Part shown: positions 50,788 to 63,499 of the stretch, one piece after another
Layout: every line of letters starts with the position of its first letter
How positions within the stretch are numbered: the first letter of the stretch is position 1
Source: Phoronis australis
Lineage: Eukaryota; Animalia; Phoronida
Length of the DNA stretch: 64,000 bases
NCBI GenBank assembly: GCA_002633005.1
Contig: NMRA01000465.1
Span: forward strand, 284,472-348,471
Direction of reading: 5' to 3'
The notes under the pieces: generated by a model
Told to the model about the DNA's origin: nothing
Databases searched by the model: none
What the model saw: only the letters and a program-made list of their open reading frames with translations
Translations under genes and position numbers: made by a program

Positions 50788-50939
50788 CGTGCAAAGATCG
50801 ACTGTTCAACTGCGATTTATTCATTGATCAATGCCAAAATGAGATCCGCAAGGAAGCGATGGAGTATTATTGTGCTGCCACGTGTAATTTCTGCAAACCG
50901 TGTGGCTCTGGTTCCCGAAAAATGACTGTACGGAAGTGA
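50788..50939 (+). CDS. Gene 1 terminal coding exon with one ShK domain and stop codon
   Basis: attacag|CG...AAG TGA. CKDRLFNCDLFIDQCQNEIRKEAMEYYCAATCNFCKPCGSGSRKMTVRK*. Confidence 0.88.
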
Positions 50940-53900
50940 AAGGGCTTGATAAAGACACCAACGGCGTCGTTCTTTTCTCACTACGTCGTCGTATACATTT
51001 TGATGTACATACAGCATAGTTTAGTTTAAGAGCACTTGCCAAATGCATGTTTTCAACTGATGTCGAATACATTTTTGAATAGTGACTGAGATTTTGATTA
51101 CAGGTTTCAAGTTCTGAGTCGAATGAAATCATGAGTAGCCGGCACTTAATCTGATATTAAGGCGATTTCTGTATACAGCATAACAGACTTTCAGAGGTTC
51201 TTTCAGCAATATACGTTGTGTTCACTTCCAGTAGTGATACTGAATTGTATAGGATATGTAGAAATATACTAATTCTAAGACTAAATGACCTGTAGACGAA
51301 TCTAGGCAGGTGCACACCTACCATATACGCAAATATGAACGTGTGTTGTCGACAAAAATTGAATAATGGAACTTTAGAACTGTAATTCTTTTGCAAAATA
51401 TTGTAAAAGCAATGCGCTAACATGCCATAGGCAAAAACTCAATTACGATAGTCTCACTTCTAAAAACTATTAAAACTTTTTTGTTATCATCACACTTTGT
51501 GACATGGTTTGTGTGTGCTATAATAGAATGACTACCTACGGCCCTGTAAGCTTTGAAGTAATTTCACATATTACTTTAACTTTTGTCTATTTTGCAAGTT
51601 CTTGATTTCAAATTTGGTCACAAGAACATGTTCGTTTGCGTCAGATCGTTTTGATCTCGTAGCTGTAAGTTGGCATAGTTAACTTATTGTAGTAGAGATT
51701 TGTACTGTTTCATGCATGGTAAATGAGATCAGAACTACACTGTAAGCCCTTCTTAAAATATTACAAAAGCCTGTGAAGTGTATGCGTAATAAATATAATT
51801 GTACCCACCATTTTTCGAATTTCACTACATAAACGCAATGATAAATGTTAATATTTCAATGATTTCGACAACTGGGTGCAACATTCCCTGTTCCTTATTG
51901 TTATTGTATAGACCCATCACGTGCATGTTTCACGAATATTCAGAAACTTGCTTTTACTCTCTACACAGCCATTTCTGAAAAAATAATGCAAAAATTTAAA
52001 ATCTCTGAAAATAAACTCACAAATCCTAGTTAGAAATATAATTACCATAAAATATTTGCAGACTATGATGTGGTAATGGACAAACCTTTATTCAGTAATT
52101 GCGAAGTGGTAGGGTAAGACAGCATTTTTGTTGTCTTTAATGAAACAGACCCCAAATTTTGTATCTTTCACACTATCTGTCAACTGACGTTGACAAACAG
52201 TTGTGAACCAGCTACTTAATTTAAGCGATCAATTGCACTGCACACTCTCGGAGCTGAAAAAGCGTGTAAATTTTTCTTCCTGTAACATTGTAAACAAATA
52301 TAGTTGAATGATTTTTACGTGTTACAGTGACACTAAATCCTATCTGACTCCTAGTGCAACAAGGCAGATTAATACACAGAGCACATTCTATACATATTTT
52401 TAATAAAAAATCTTACAATATTACACTTTGAAAATAGTGAAATCCGAATTATCTGGGGAATGGTAAGCAAGAATTCAGCGAGAAATTCGAAAACTCGAAA
52501 GTCTACCGACTGATCCACATCGAATAATCGTATTGATGTGCTGTAATGATGGTTGCAGCTGCAGAGGCCCGTGTGCACAGCTTGGAGCATTAGCAGGACA
52601 ATGAAACAAGAACTACTTTGTAATCATCTAGATTAATGCTAACAAATTTTCCTATTATAGTTCAACCATCACTTAATGTGTCGCAAAAACTTTCAGCCTA
52701 ATATCGAAGGTTTTTAGGCGGGACTGGCTAAATTTTTCGCACATGATTAATCAGATGATTCCGTTAGTCGCCATTCGTGCAACTAGTAACCAGAAATTGG
52801 TTTAAAGCTCATCTTGAGGCTTCCAGGGCCTCTGCAAATCTTATGAATTTACTTACTACGAAGGGTCGTACTCCTTGGAAAGTTATTAAATGGAACATTT
52901 AGTTAACGAATTGCAGCACACATTGAAACACTACACCGGAAGAGAGATTGGTCTACTTGCCTCGTTTGTGTATTAGATGACCGATCTGTGAAAGGGGAGA
53001 ATGAGACCACTGGTTACAGTCGTGTAAACTTTTGCGTCTATTCTCGTATCTCATGCAGCTCATTCATACAGGGCAACATGAAATTGCAATCTTTAAGCAG
53101 GAAAGTACCAGGAAATACACAAAACGTACATTGTAGTGTACATGAAGAAATATCCCACGAGACATTATTGCTCGTATCGATATGCGAAATAATGTCGAGT
53201 GGGATATTACTTCATCTAAGCCAATCTAGGTACGTTTTTTTATTAATCCCATACACTTCGACTCCTAAGTTTCTTTCAGTTTTTTGGAAGATTTTTAAAT
53301 ACTTTACTCAGACTGTTCACGTGGCGGATCACATACTACATGTATGTAATAGTGCGTTAGGTTGCAAGTTTTCTCCAGTAAAAGAAAGTTTTAATGTAAA
53401 CGTAACAATTTTTTGCTTTATAAGAGATAACAAAGACAAAAACAACGATAAATGTGCATTGAACTTGAATTATTGTCCGACAACAATTAATTACCAACAA
53501 CACTTAACATTGTGTTTACTGAGGAATAAGCGCGTGAGTTGCAGACGACATCATAGTTAGCAAATAAAACTGATAGAGAAGTGTCATATAATTTGTAGTT
53601 TTGTACCAGATGTTACTTTTGGGACCTGATTGCATGTTGAGTGTTATACTGTTGCAATTTTATTTCCTTAAACTATTTTGGGAAACTTTGATGATCGAAT
53701 CGGCTAACGACGTCGAATCGGCATTGACCTACCTTTTGAAATTTCCATGTCGGAAGGAACTGCTAAAGTAGTCCCGGGAGTGTAATGCAGAAAACAATAT
53801 CACATAGCTGAATTACACTCGACTTATCCAACGCGTATTGAATAAAAGACTTGGACGTTGAAGTACGCATACAAATCACGTGGTCCCATAGAATACTACA

Positions 53901-54031
53901 AAGGACGAACGTGGCCTGGTTTTCGAGATATTTAGCAAACTCATATGCCAAAGAGTTCAAGACCAGACTGGATGTTGAACAATTCAGCTAAGAGAATGTG
54001 TCGTCCGTTATATAATGACACACGAATTGTC

Positions 54032-54088
54032 ATGAAATCGATTGTCAAGGAATTCTGGTTGGCAATATTTCTGTGTGTGGTCACTGTG
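54032..54088 (+). CDS. Gene 2 first coding exon (signal peptide)
   Basis: ATG...GTG|gtgagtaagt, MKSIVKEFWLAIFLCVVTV. A second donor 4 nt downstream (A|gtaagt) would give phase 1. Confidence 0.7.
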
Positions 54089-56437
54089 GTGAGTAAGTCA
54101 CTCCTTGAAACTTAACATACAAACAATATGAAAACATGCTATTTTGAATCGTTTAGTTCTAATGGATAAAAACAAAATTGCAAAAAGTAGTTTTATGGGA
54201 TCTTAAACGATATTTAAAATTATTGAGAAATGCGATTTATTTTTTTAGAAAATGCATGAAACAAACAAATTGTGTATTTCGTAAGCTTTAAAGCATTCAG
54301 TTGCCAGCTAGAAGACTTCAATGGGTTAAAAATGACTGCGCTTAGATAGATCTGTTGACACGACTATTTTGTAGAAGAGTAACTACCTCTGCCGGTAACT
54401 CAGAAGTCCGTCACAGCTCGATTGAAAGCATATATTCCAGCACTGGAGGTTTAGGTGGCTCGGTACTCCGTAGTTTCTGTGAAGAAACGGATTTGTCGTG
54501 TTTGTAAAAGTGAAATCGAACATAAAGTTAAATTTCATCGTTGACTGTGAAAAATGTACTCATATTCAACCATTTTTACTGCCTTACCTCAGATATTCCA
54601 AAATAACTTGGAAGGTCTAGCAAACTTCATTCAGGACGCTTTGCACGTAGCTAGTCTAAAGTTGTCAGATTTAACTTGACTGCGTTCATCATATTACATG
54701 TATGTCATGGTTTAGGGGTTAGAAGGTGACTGAGTAAACCCATTGAGGCGAATATTTTGTATTTGATATTATTTATTCACTGGCACCCTTATGTCACTAT
54801 ATAAAATAAATAATAAATACAATGAAAGGTTGCTTAGCGTAGCGTTCACGACTTTTGTCTTTCTGTGTGTCTGTGTAGCTGTGAGGTGAGATTAACAGTT
54901 TCAAGTTTACTATCACACAAAAATGTCTCTTATTTTTAATAATGGCATTACTGCAGTTACGAATAATTCTTGACCATTGATGACTAAGATTCATATGTTC
55001 CACTCAGGGTACTTCCAAAAATAATCCTTTGTACACGATGGTGAGTATTAAAAAATAGTTGATGGAATGTGAGAGACCAAATATCAGCGCTTACGTTAAT
55101 GTCACAGCATTTTGCAGCCATGTTTGAACTTTCATAACTAGAGCAGAGCAAATGTCATTCTCGAAACACAGTCATTTTATTAAAATTATACACCATTTGA
55201 CCAGCAAAATTCAGTATTGCCAAAGAACTCAATGACATTAACAACACAGGGATAAACATTGCCACGTTTTTAAACTAGCCATTGAATAAATATTTTACAA
55301 CCAGGGTAAAACGTGACGTCAACAATGATGAAATAAGGTGACTGTGTCATTTTGGCCTTGTAAACATCATACAACCATAAAAAATTGTAGGCAGCAGACT
55401 TCTCGAAATTTCATATTCAGCAAAGCACACTAGAAGTTGTTCGTCGTTTTTAGTTAAAACACGCATTTATTACAACTAACCCAGCTAGTGCACGTTGTCT
55501 TAAAACAATGCGTACACGCTGGCGAAATGAAATAATACCAAATGTTTATGTAACTTCAGAGAAAATTTTCCAATACATGTATACTGAACATTAAGGTAAC
55601 TCGATAAAACGCTGAGAAAAAATAAATTTCTGCACAAGTCGCGGGGAATGTTTCCCCCTAAGGGGTAGAGGTTTGTGTCACACTTTAAAATCTAGAGACC
55701 AACAAACTACAGTACATGCAAACACCCCGCGTCCAAGGAAATAAGCACTTGAGACAGTACCAAACGTTCTCCCGCCACCACTTTTTCATGTACCTACCGG
55801 AAACGATACCTGAGAGGACAAAATTCTAAGCCGAGTTGACGGTACCTCCACACCAACCCCTCCTGTGAGAGAATGCCCTGCCGTGAACTATGTACTCTCC
55901 ATCAACAGGCAGTGCAAGGACAGTTGTTTAAAAGATCGGCTGAGCTCACGCAGATTCTCAAAGAGGAGGCGATTCGTTCTGGACATGCATCCATGGAACA
56001 TCTAATAGCTACAGCCTTTGAAATGTCCGCAAGTGAGTTACATCTGCTTGTTGTTTGAAGCAAAATAAAACGTACGTGGTTGCGAGTGGGTGGCGATGTG
56101 AAGGAAACATCAGACAAACAAGATACAAATCCTTCTGTGGCCCCAAGGCACTCAAGAGCCATTTGCAGCGAAATATGTTGGTATGTGCTGTTGGACACGG
56201 AAATCGGAAGCGTTGCTCTTTTAGTAAATAAATCGCGCTCCGTCATCCAAGCCCTTCAGAGGCGACCGTTTTACTTGAGCTGGCTTGTTACAAACACGAT
56301 TACGTGCAATAGAGTAGCCTTTCACTTGGCTGGTTTTGACAACTTCTAAGGAATTACCATAACAAGGCAGATCTTAGATCGAATTATGTTTGTCCAGTCA
56401 TACCACTTTCCTCAATGGGCTCGTTTTTCCATTGCAG

Positions 56438-56585
56438 TTAAAATGATTAAAAATGGCACCTTTGCAAACGCTCAAACTAGTGATGAAGAAAACTTCTATC
56501 TGACCGAGCTGGATTTGAAATTGACACCTGAGCAGATGGCAATACTGTATCCTGATCGATTTCGTCAAATGACAGGTACTACCTG
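56438..56585 (+). CDS. Gene 2 propeptide exon
   Basis: attgcag|TT...ACCTG|gtaagt, phase 1-2. KMIKNGTFANAQTSDEENFYLTELDLKLTPEQMAILYPDRFRQMTGTT; ELDL-x-LT-x-EQ resembles the astacin Asp-switch region. Confidence 0.8.
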
Positions 56586-57592
56586 GTAAGTAAGGAATCC
56601 AAGATGTCGAACGTTATCATAAAGACAGGCAGCATTGAACACTCATTGGGTTTTGTCTCGCGGCTCACACAACAAAGGACTTGACACCTTCTTTCCACTA
56701 TATCGAAAACTCTATGGGCAAATTAAAATATTTTGAACGTTTTTACCTCAAAAGGGACATATAAATTTTACCCGGTCTCATATTTTTGCATTTTTCACTT
56801 CCACCCATGAGGAACCCAAGCTCAGGCAAAGTGTTAAATTACGCAGCCTCACACCACTATTTGCCTGCCGATGGCTGTGTCACGGGCTACCACTAGAGTC
56901 TACTAAACGCAATTTTTATTATAAATTAACAAAATGGATCCAGAAAAGCTGTTACCCAATCAGATTTTTTTTTTAAATTTTGGTCTGTTAATTGAGGATT
57001 ACTCGAAGTAATTGCTGCAGATTCCTCAGTTATTGAACTGAAATTCAATTGTGTTATAGGGTATCACAGTTTTCAAGAAAGTGAAATCTGCAGTCGAACT
57101 AGTGGATTGAATGAGTATATGAAAACCAGATCCGTTGAACCTTGCACACCTCAAAACTCCAACCAACCCTAACTTAGCCGCCATATTTATTTTCCGGGAA
57201 GTGTAACCATAGCGTTGGTTAACTTTATTCGATTTTACTTATGGCTAAATACCGGCATACCGGATGTCATGCTTTCATCATTCGAACAATTTGTGGAATT
57301 TTTGGTTCTTGGACGTTGCAGTATCGCGTTTATTTTACAAATTTTCTTTTGTGTGGTTAGAGTGGTTCTTTAATCAAGTATGTCGTCCCAAAGCTAAGAA
57401 ACATTCGACACAGGGACCTTTTTCGTAAAGGGGGCTTACTTCAAATGAAAGTTGGTGCGGTCACGTGTGTGATCTTAAAAAATCTCACTGGAAAACAGTT
57501 TTACGGAGCAAAGATCTGTGTCACAGCGCCACCTGGCAATGAAACGGAGTGAAAAACCTAGCCCAGATGACAAGCTATTACTTAATATTCAG

Positions 57593-57690
57593 GTCCCGCA
57601 GCCGGAGGTTTAAAAGAGCATCCGGTACCGACGCTATAGCGCTTTGGCCAGACGCTACCATGCCATATGTCGTGAATAGATTTTCTTGGG
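57593..57690 (+). CDS. Gene 2 exon: convertase site and start of mature catalytic domain
   Basis: attcag|G...TGGG|gtaagt, phase 2-1. SRSRRFKR/ASGTDAIALWPDATMPYVVNRFSW. Confidence 0.88.
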
Positions 57691-57889
57691 GTAAGTTAAC
57701 TGTTCGTATTGCTTAATTGTTAGTAGCTGCTTTGCTCCCATATCTTATACCTATATTCGGCTTCTACAGTACAAGGCATTCAACTATTTTGATGAGTGCA
57801 CTCGTGTTTCAATGATCAAATAGTATAAGGAGCTCAGGTTGCGTGTTCTTGCACGATAAACGGCGCATAATTTATGAAAATAAAGCCCA

Positions 57890-58690
57890 TTACACCACAT
57901 TATCAGCCTGACATGGCCAATACAACCATTAAAGAACCCACTTAGTTATTCAACGCGTGCTGAAATACATTTTGGCGGGAAAACTAAGCCCGATTTCTAA
58001 GCCGCTTCGCAAGAGTTTCGAGTCGCCGACTTTACCACTACACCACTCAGCGGCTGACGTCATCGAACGTGAAAATAGAATACTTAAATGAGCACGCGCA
58101 AAAATCGCATGTTTAGCAAAGGGCATTGCATCGACATTGATACGCTATGAAAAATAAGACGCATAATTTCTATAAAAACGATATTTTAATTCAGTGAAAT
58201 TTTTCGCTCGTGTTCTCTCACTAGTATAAATAACCGATCTCCAATTTGAATGCGGGTATCGTGTCGTCGGGATCCTTTGACTTGAGCATTATAGCCAGTT
58301 ACTTGGTAACCTACTTTAGCAGACGATATTTTCCCGGTCGAAGCTTAGCGTGATAAAATGTGTAGTAAGCTATAATAGTTGCTAAACCTTAATTTATAGA
58401 TTCACTTTATTTTTATTTTGTTTTATTTTTCAATTGGTTTTGAGTAAAAGCATCATTTGACAAAAATAGCTCGGCTTTTCTTAAATGGTCACGACCTCCG
58501 ACCCCGGGCCTCTGACATAGAAAGTAGTTACAAAGCCGAGGCGAGTCGAAAAAGGTAGATCGATTCATTGCAATGTTTCTCGTTCAGTACATGTATGTGG
58601 TATAAATAGGACGCCCCTCGGGCGATTATTCTCCAAAATCCACTCGGGCTCTAGATAACAGGGGGATAACGTAATGTAAAATGTATCTAT
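57890..58690 (-). mobile_element. Second copy of the 1187-2038 element, lacking one hairpin arm
   Basis: Reverse complement matches along its length, e.g. GTCAGAGxCCCGGGGTCGGAGGTCGTGACC and CGCGTGCTCATTTAAGTATTCTATTTTCAC. Confidence 0.75.
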
Positions 58691-59376
58691 CATTTTCCCC
58701 CTCTTGTAAATCATCGATCTCCGGTTTGAATACAGAAAATGTATGAAAGGACTGAGGGTTCATATGAAGCTGCTCTGTACCTGGCAGGAGATTCGATTTG
58801 AGTGACAACCCTGTAACCTCTGACCTCGGTTAAGCAGTTAACAAATATCTGCGAGGTTGTGCAGTTCCAAGGTGGTTCGGCTAACCTTTTTTCTTGCTAC
58901 ACGGTATATATTTTGTATTTGAAGTTCCCAAGAATGAAGATAAGGTATTTTGCTAGATACATCTGAAATATTGTAAACATGGAGAGTTTTTGTAAATGAA
59001 GTTTGAGACTTAATCGCTCATCCTTCGAAAATGCTGAGAAGCCTTGTTATTCACAAACTTTCCAAAAAAATTAAGGACTGTCGTTTCTGTCGTTCTTTTT
59101 ATCAACTTTTTAAAATTTCAAATGGCGTGGCATCAGTTGCAAAAATGGTCCTTTTATAGATTCCAGATTAAAAATGTTAATGACAACAGTTTTGCCATTC
59201 CAAAAACCCATTCATCGGCCTTTCTTCTTTCCTCCTTTCAGGGGTTACGATAACACGTGTAAGTCATTCACATACTATGTGGCCTGCAACAGGCGTTCGG
59301 TTCATTCCACTCTCATTTGTTACCTATTTCTACGCATTATACCGTAGGAAATTTCCTGAAACTATGTTTCTTGAAG

Positions 59377-59573
59377 GTAATCGGGACGAAGCGAAAATTC
59401 TCCGAATGGCAATGACCGAATGGGAAGCGTACACGTGCTTCAAATTCAAGCCGAAGACTTCAAGTGATAAGTACTTCACTGATATTCGCAGTGGCAAGGG
59501 ATGCTTGTCTTCATTAGGATTTGTCAAAACGAGCCCTCAATACATTTTCTTGGCCGAAGTTGGTTGTCGATAT
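59377..59573 (+). CDS. Gene 2 astacin catalytic-domain exon
   Basis: ttgaag|GT...TAT|gtaagt, phase 1-0. NRDEAKILRMAMTEWEAYTCFKFKPKTSSDKYFTDIRSGKGCLSSLGFVKTSPQYIFLAEVGCRY. Confidence 0.92.
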
Positions 59574-61560
59574 GTAAGTTTACTAAGGTCACATGGGTTT
59601 TAACAATCTGAAGGTCCTGCATTTGAAGGCTATAGGGATAGCCCATTTTAGCAGGAGTGTATCCGTACAGATCAATGTACTACCGGCACTGTATATGATT
59701 GTCGACATACCGGCCGCTAAGGTCCCTTTTCTCACATAACCGATTCACAGAGCGGTTCACAGTGGTTTGGTGATCCACTCTAATCGCCTGAGAAACCTGT
59801 TAAATAGTTTTGGACAAGGTTTTTCATTGCGGGAGTTTAAGGGGTTGGAAAATCCCTTTTTTCTTTTGATGTTGGTGATATCAAATCTAGAATTTTCGTA
59901 TTATTGACTTGGATCCCCTTTTTAAAAAAATCCCTCATTCGAAACCCCTTTTAAAAAATCCCATATCCGTCCTTGTTTTTGATGCCTTTTTGTTAATTTC
60001 AAAGCAACGAAATGATATATTATGTTTTATTATTTGCAAAACTTTCCTCATTAATTAACTATTCATGTAGATTTTGCATTTTATGTTGTTCACTAATCAT
60101 TAAAACTGTGCTGGGCGCTCCTCCTGCAAGGGTCCTACATGATAGCATCAGTTTTCTGGTTTGCTTTTGTCTTTTACAATATTATCTCCTTTCATTTTCA
60201 GGTGCCCCTACTCATGAGATTTGTTACCACTTACTTAGCGTTTTTACTCGATATTTCATTAAGCATTTTGGTTTCTCGTGCAAGCCACAGGTCGCCTTTT
60301 TCGTTTTCGTCCGATGTGAAATACATTCACAAAGTGCAGTTTGTTAGAATCTCGAGGCCTATTATTGTTGAGTGAAATCGGTGCAAAGGTGTCGTTTTGA
60401 CGGTCGTTTATCTAAGTTTTCTTTGATGTATTCTTCCGGAATTTGGTACGTAGTATAGATCTTGTGGAAGGCGGTCAGTGTTGCTACCATCAACCGTTTG
60501 TTTTTTACTAATGGTACCTTACATTCGACGTCACTTGATTAATTTGTAGGGTATTTGGTCTGCAAATATCGTTAAGGGCTACTAAACGATTACAATAAGT
60601 TTGTGGCACCGACTTGCCGTTTTCAAGTTATGGAGATTTACTGACTACTGAATTCCGACGAGGTACGCTTCTTAGACTTCAGGGTTCAAGAACAACATGG
60701 ATGCTCTACATTTCTGGTATTCAGACAGGAGTTTCGTACCAGTTGTGTCACTGCTGAGAACATGAATTATTGACACAGCAATAGGTTATCAAGATTATAG
60801 AAATTGATACATTCACGCCTAGGATTCTGCTCACTATTCTGAAATTCTGGAACTTACAGACATGACCTGACTCTTGTCTGGGCTACTGATTCTGAAAACG
60901 ATTGGATCGAATTTGAGTGCAAGAAAATCGTCATTGCTGAAAATTTTTAAGTTTTTGAGGCAAGGTAGAACTAGTGTAGAACCGTTTTCTTCAAATCGGC
61001 GTTTAATTCACACAAAACATGCATCTTGGTAGTGACCAATCCTGGTGATGGGCAAACTACGTGCACGGAATGTATGTAATCTCTTATGCTGTTCAAGCCT
61101 CAATTCAGAAAGAAACTAATATTCATCAGTTCATGTTCAGCATGGCCTACAATGTATAACATTGCCTCATCCACCGGGAAAGTGTGAACCACCGTCTTGG
61201 CGCGATATGGTTCTTTTTGAAGCTTACATCCAGAAACGCAACATGAAACCACGATTGCAGTACGAAAAATTTGTCATTCTAGTCTCGTTGTCAATTTCAC
61301 TATTTCACTGTTTTTAATTGACCGATCTGTCAACAACGGCACAAGTGGCCTATGGTCGCGAAGATATACAAAGGGTCTCAAAATAGGTAAAGTGTTACTT
61401 TAACCATCTCAAATCAGAGATTGAAATAGGGAAACTGCTAGTGGTACCCACCCTATTAGATTATTATAATGTATATCGCCTACATTTACCGCGAGTACCC
61501 TCAGCCTAACTCCATGTGTTTACATATTGATCTCAAGTTCCTTCGTTACTGATTCGTTAG

Positions 61561-61761
61561 CTTGGAATTTACCTTCACGAGCTGGGTCACGCAATGGGAC
61601 TGGCCCATGAGCAAGTGAGATCGGACAGAGACCACTACGTCAGAATTGAAATGAACAACGTTGAACCAGGCCACAAGCATTACTTTGAAAAAATGGCGGA
61701 AGGTGCTTTTCCAAAGGACTTACCGTATGACTACGCGAGTATAATGCATTATTCTAAAACG
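61561..61761 (+). CDS. Gene 2 exon with zinc-binding motif and Met-turn
   Basis: cgttag|CTT...ACG|gtaagg, phase 0-0. LGIYLHELGHAMGLAHEQVRSDRDHYVRI...PYDYASIMHYSKT. Confidence 0.97.
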
Positions 61762-62739
61762 GTAAGGCAAAATCCATAATTGAGGTGACGACGTCACGTC
61801 AAGGTTCATTATTGGTTTCTCTACTGACGTCCATCCTCAGACGTCACCAAATACTCACACTGTATCTCCAAGCCGTCTCCTCAGTCTTGTCCAGTTCCCT
61901 CCTCCCGGAAGTCATAACCAACTGCAGCCAATACCCGTTTTCCCTGATCTCAATGGTCGCTGACACGATTAGATGCGGACTAATTTCACCGTTTCACATT
62001 AGCTGCACAAAATTGTGTTCACGGTGATCTTCAAATTGTGGTTGAGTGATACGAAAAAGCCGATTCACATTCAAAAGTGGCAAAATGCTGGTGCCAAGTC
62101 ACTAGAATATCTTTATCCCTTCATGATTCGTAAACAAATATAATTTACTTTTGCTTCTACCAAACGATATTGTTTGACGTCATCACAAACCTTTGCTAAT
62201 CTGGAAACGACATTCGTTGGTCTATGCATTCTAACGGTCATTGTATTATATACCTATTTACTGAAACGATCCAATGAATGAACCCATCCCAGCATTACGA
62301 GAAGTCATTATTTTTTGGACATTCTGACATGTTCCAAAATGTCGGGAATCTTTTCAAAACATTGTAAAAAACAATACACCGCATTGAAATTTATGTCATT
62401 TAGCGTAACGTTAACTAATCGTGTCTTAAAGGACAGTATTAGTCAGTAACAAACTACTCATAAATAAGTGTGCTATCTTCATGATGTTCATTATTCCAAG
62501 AAATTGAAAATACGTATGTTTCGTTTTAGCTCGATTTGTACTGCTGACATAATATTTTTGTGTGCTGACCGGTTCAAAGCTGTTCTGTTGATTTTACTTT
62601 TATATTGACTTCCTGGCAATCAATCATGTTGGCCTTATATTGAAGTTAACATCATTTAATCGCCTACAATGTTACTGCAGCGTAATAGTCCCTATGTATA
62701 CATCAACAATTAAAAATTCGCATATGTTTGATAACACAG

Positions 62740-62881
62740 GCCTTTGGGATAGTGGATCCAAACACAAATAGGGAACGGCAAACGATCTTTGCGCTTGATC
62801 CTAGGAATGATGACTTGATGGGGAGATCGATGTTATCCTTCTCTGACATCAAAGAAATTAACATTCTTTACAGTTGCAACA
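62740..62881 (+). CDS. Gene 2 exon completing the astacin catalytic domain
   Basis: acacag|GCC...AACA|gtgagt, phase 0-1. AFGIVDPNTNRERQTIFALDPRNDDLMGRSMLSFSDIKEINILYSCN. Confidence 0.92.
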
Positions 62882-63499
62882 GTGAGTATAAGATGTTCAC
62901 ATTCTCATTTCAAGTCTCGAATTCCACAGCATTAATGATCCCGCTTTAGTTCAGATCGCCTATTGCTAAAATCGTTGTCGTTGCTTTATCGCGGTTGAAG
63001 TGCGCAGCGACAGACGGAACGCTATTATAATCGGGCTCTGAAGTTGTCTATATTGCAATGGGCCTAAACTGAAGTGTAACTAGGCTTGAGGCGAACATGG
63101 CACGCTGACGTGCGAGCCAGCTCATGTACTCTAAACTGTTCAGGTAAATTGACGCAAAACTGGATGATAACGAATTTACTGCTTTAAATATCCACTATGA
63201 TTACGTGTTTTATTTCGTTAGAACACTGCAGTCGGTTACCTCGTTGTACAAATGGCGGATTTGTTGACAAGACGTGCCAGTGCCTGTGTCCAGATGGTAA
63301 TAGAAACTGTCAAGTGGGAGGGCGTCAAGGAAACCGAGTGACAAGTACGTTTCTGTAGGACTACTGTTCCTGCGGGCATTAAAGTATTGGAGCGCGTTTC
63401 GTAAGCGCATCAGATGCATGAAAAGCTTTCGCATAAAGAAAAAACACACGGGTCTGGATTTGATAACACGATCGATCGCTTTTGTAGCCAACATGTTAA

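Larger units (their letters stand above)
6838..50939 (+). other. Gene 1 span: multi-ShK-domain protein, 3' part (10 exons, about 480 aa, 10 ShK domains); 5' exons lie upstream of the window
   Basis: Exons 6838-7083, 8536-8685, 9493-9747, 16301-16459, 19798-19941, 27038-27160, 31108-31134, 34166-34240, 46274-46384 and 50788-50939 have AG/GT boundaries and phase-1 introns. They splice into one stop-free frame ending at TGA 50937-50939. Two junctions rebuild the first Cys of an ShK domain (T|GT, T|GC). Confidence 0.85.
54032..62881 (+). other. Gene 2 span: secreted astacin-family (M12A) zinc metalloprotease, continuing beyond the window
   Basis: Signal peptide exon, propeptide exon, RFKR maturation site, LWP..MPY, HEXXHXXGXXHE, RxDRD, SIMHY Met-turn and four catalytic-domain Cys. 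Splice phases are consistent from 56438 onward. Confidence 0.92.

Noticed and set aside
6838-50939. Claim that the ShK domains are Kv1 channel blockers
   Set aside because: No domain shows a Lys-Tyr dyad at the position equivalent to ShK K22-Y23; activity cannot be inferred from sequence.
52988-53560. 190-aa ORF between the two genes
   Set aside because: Non-ATG start, no recognisable motif, composition typical of AT-rich intergenic DNA.
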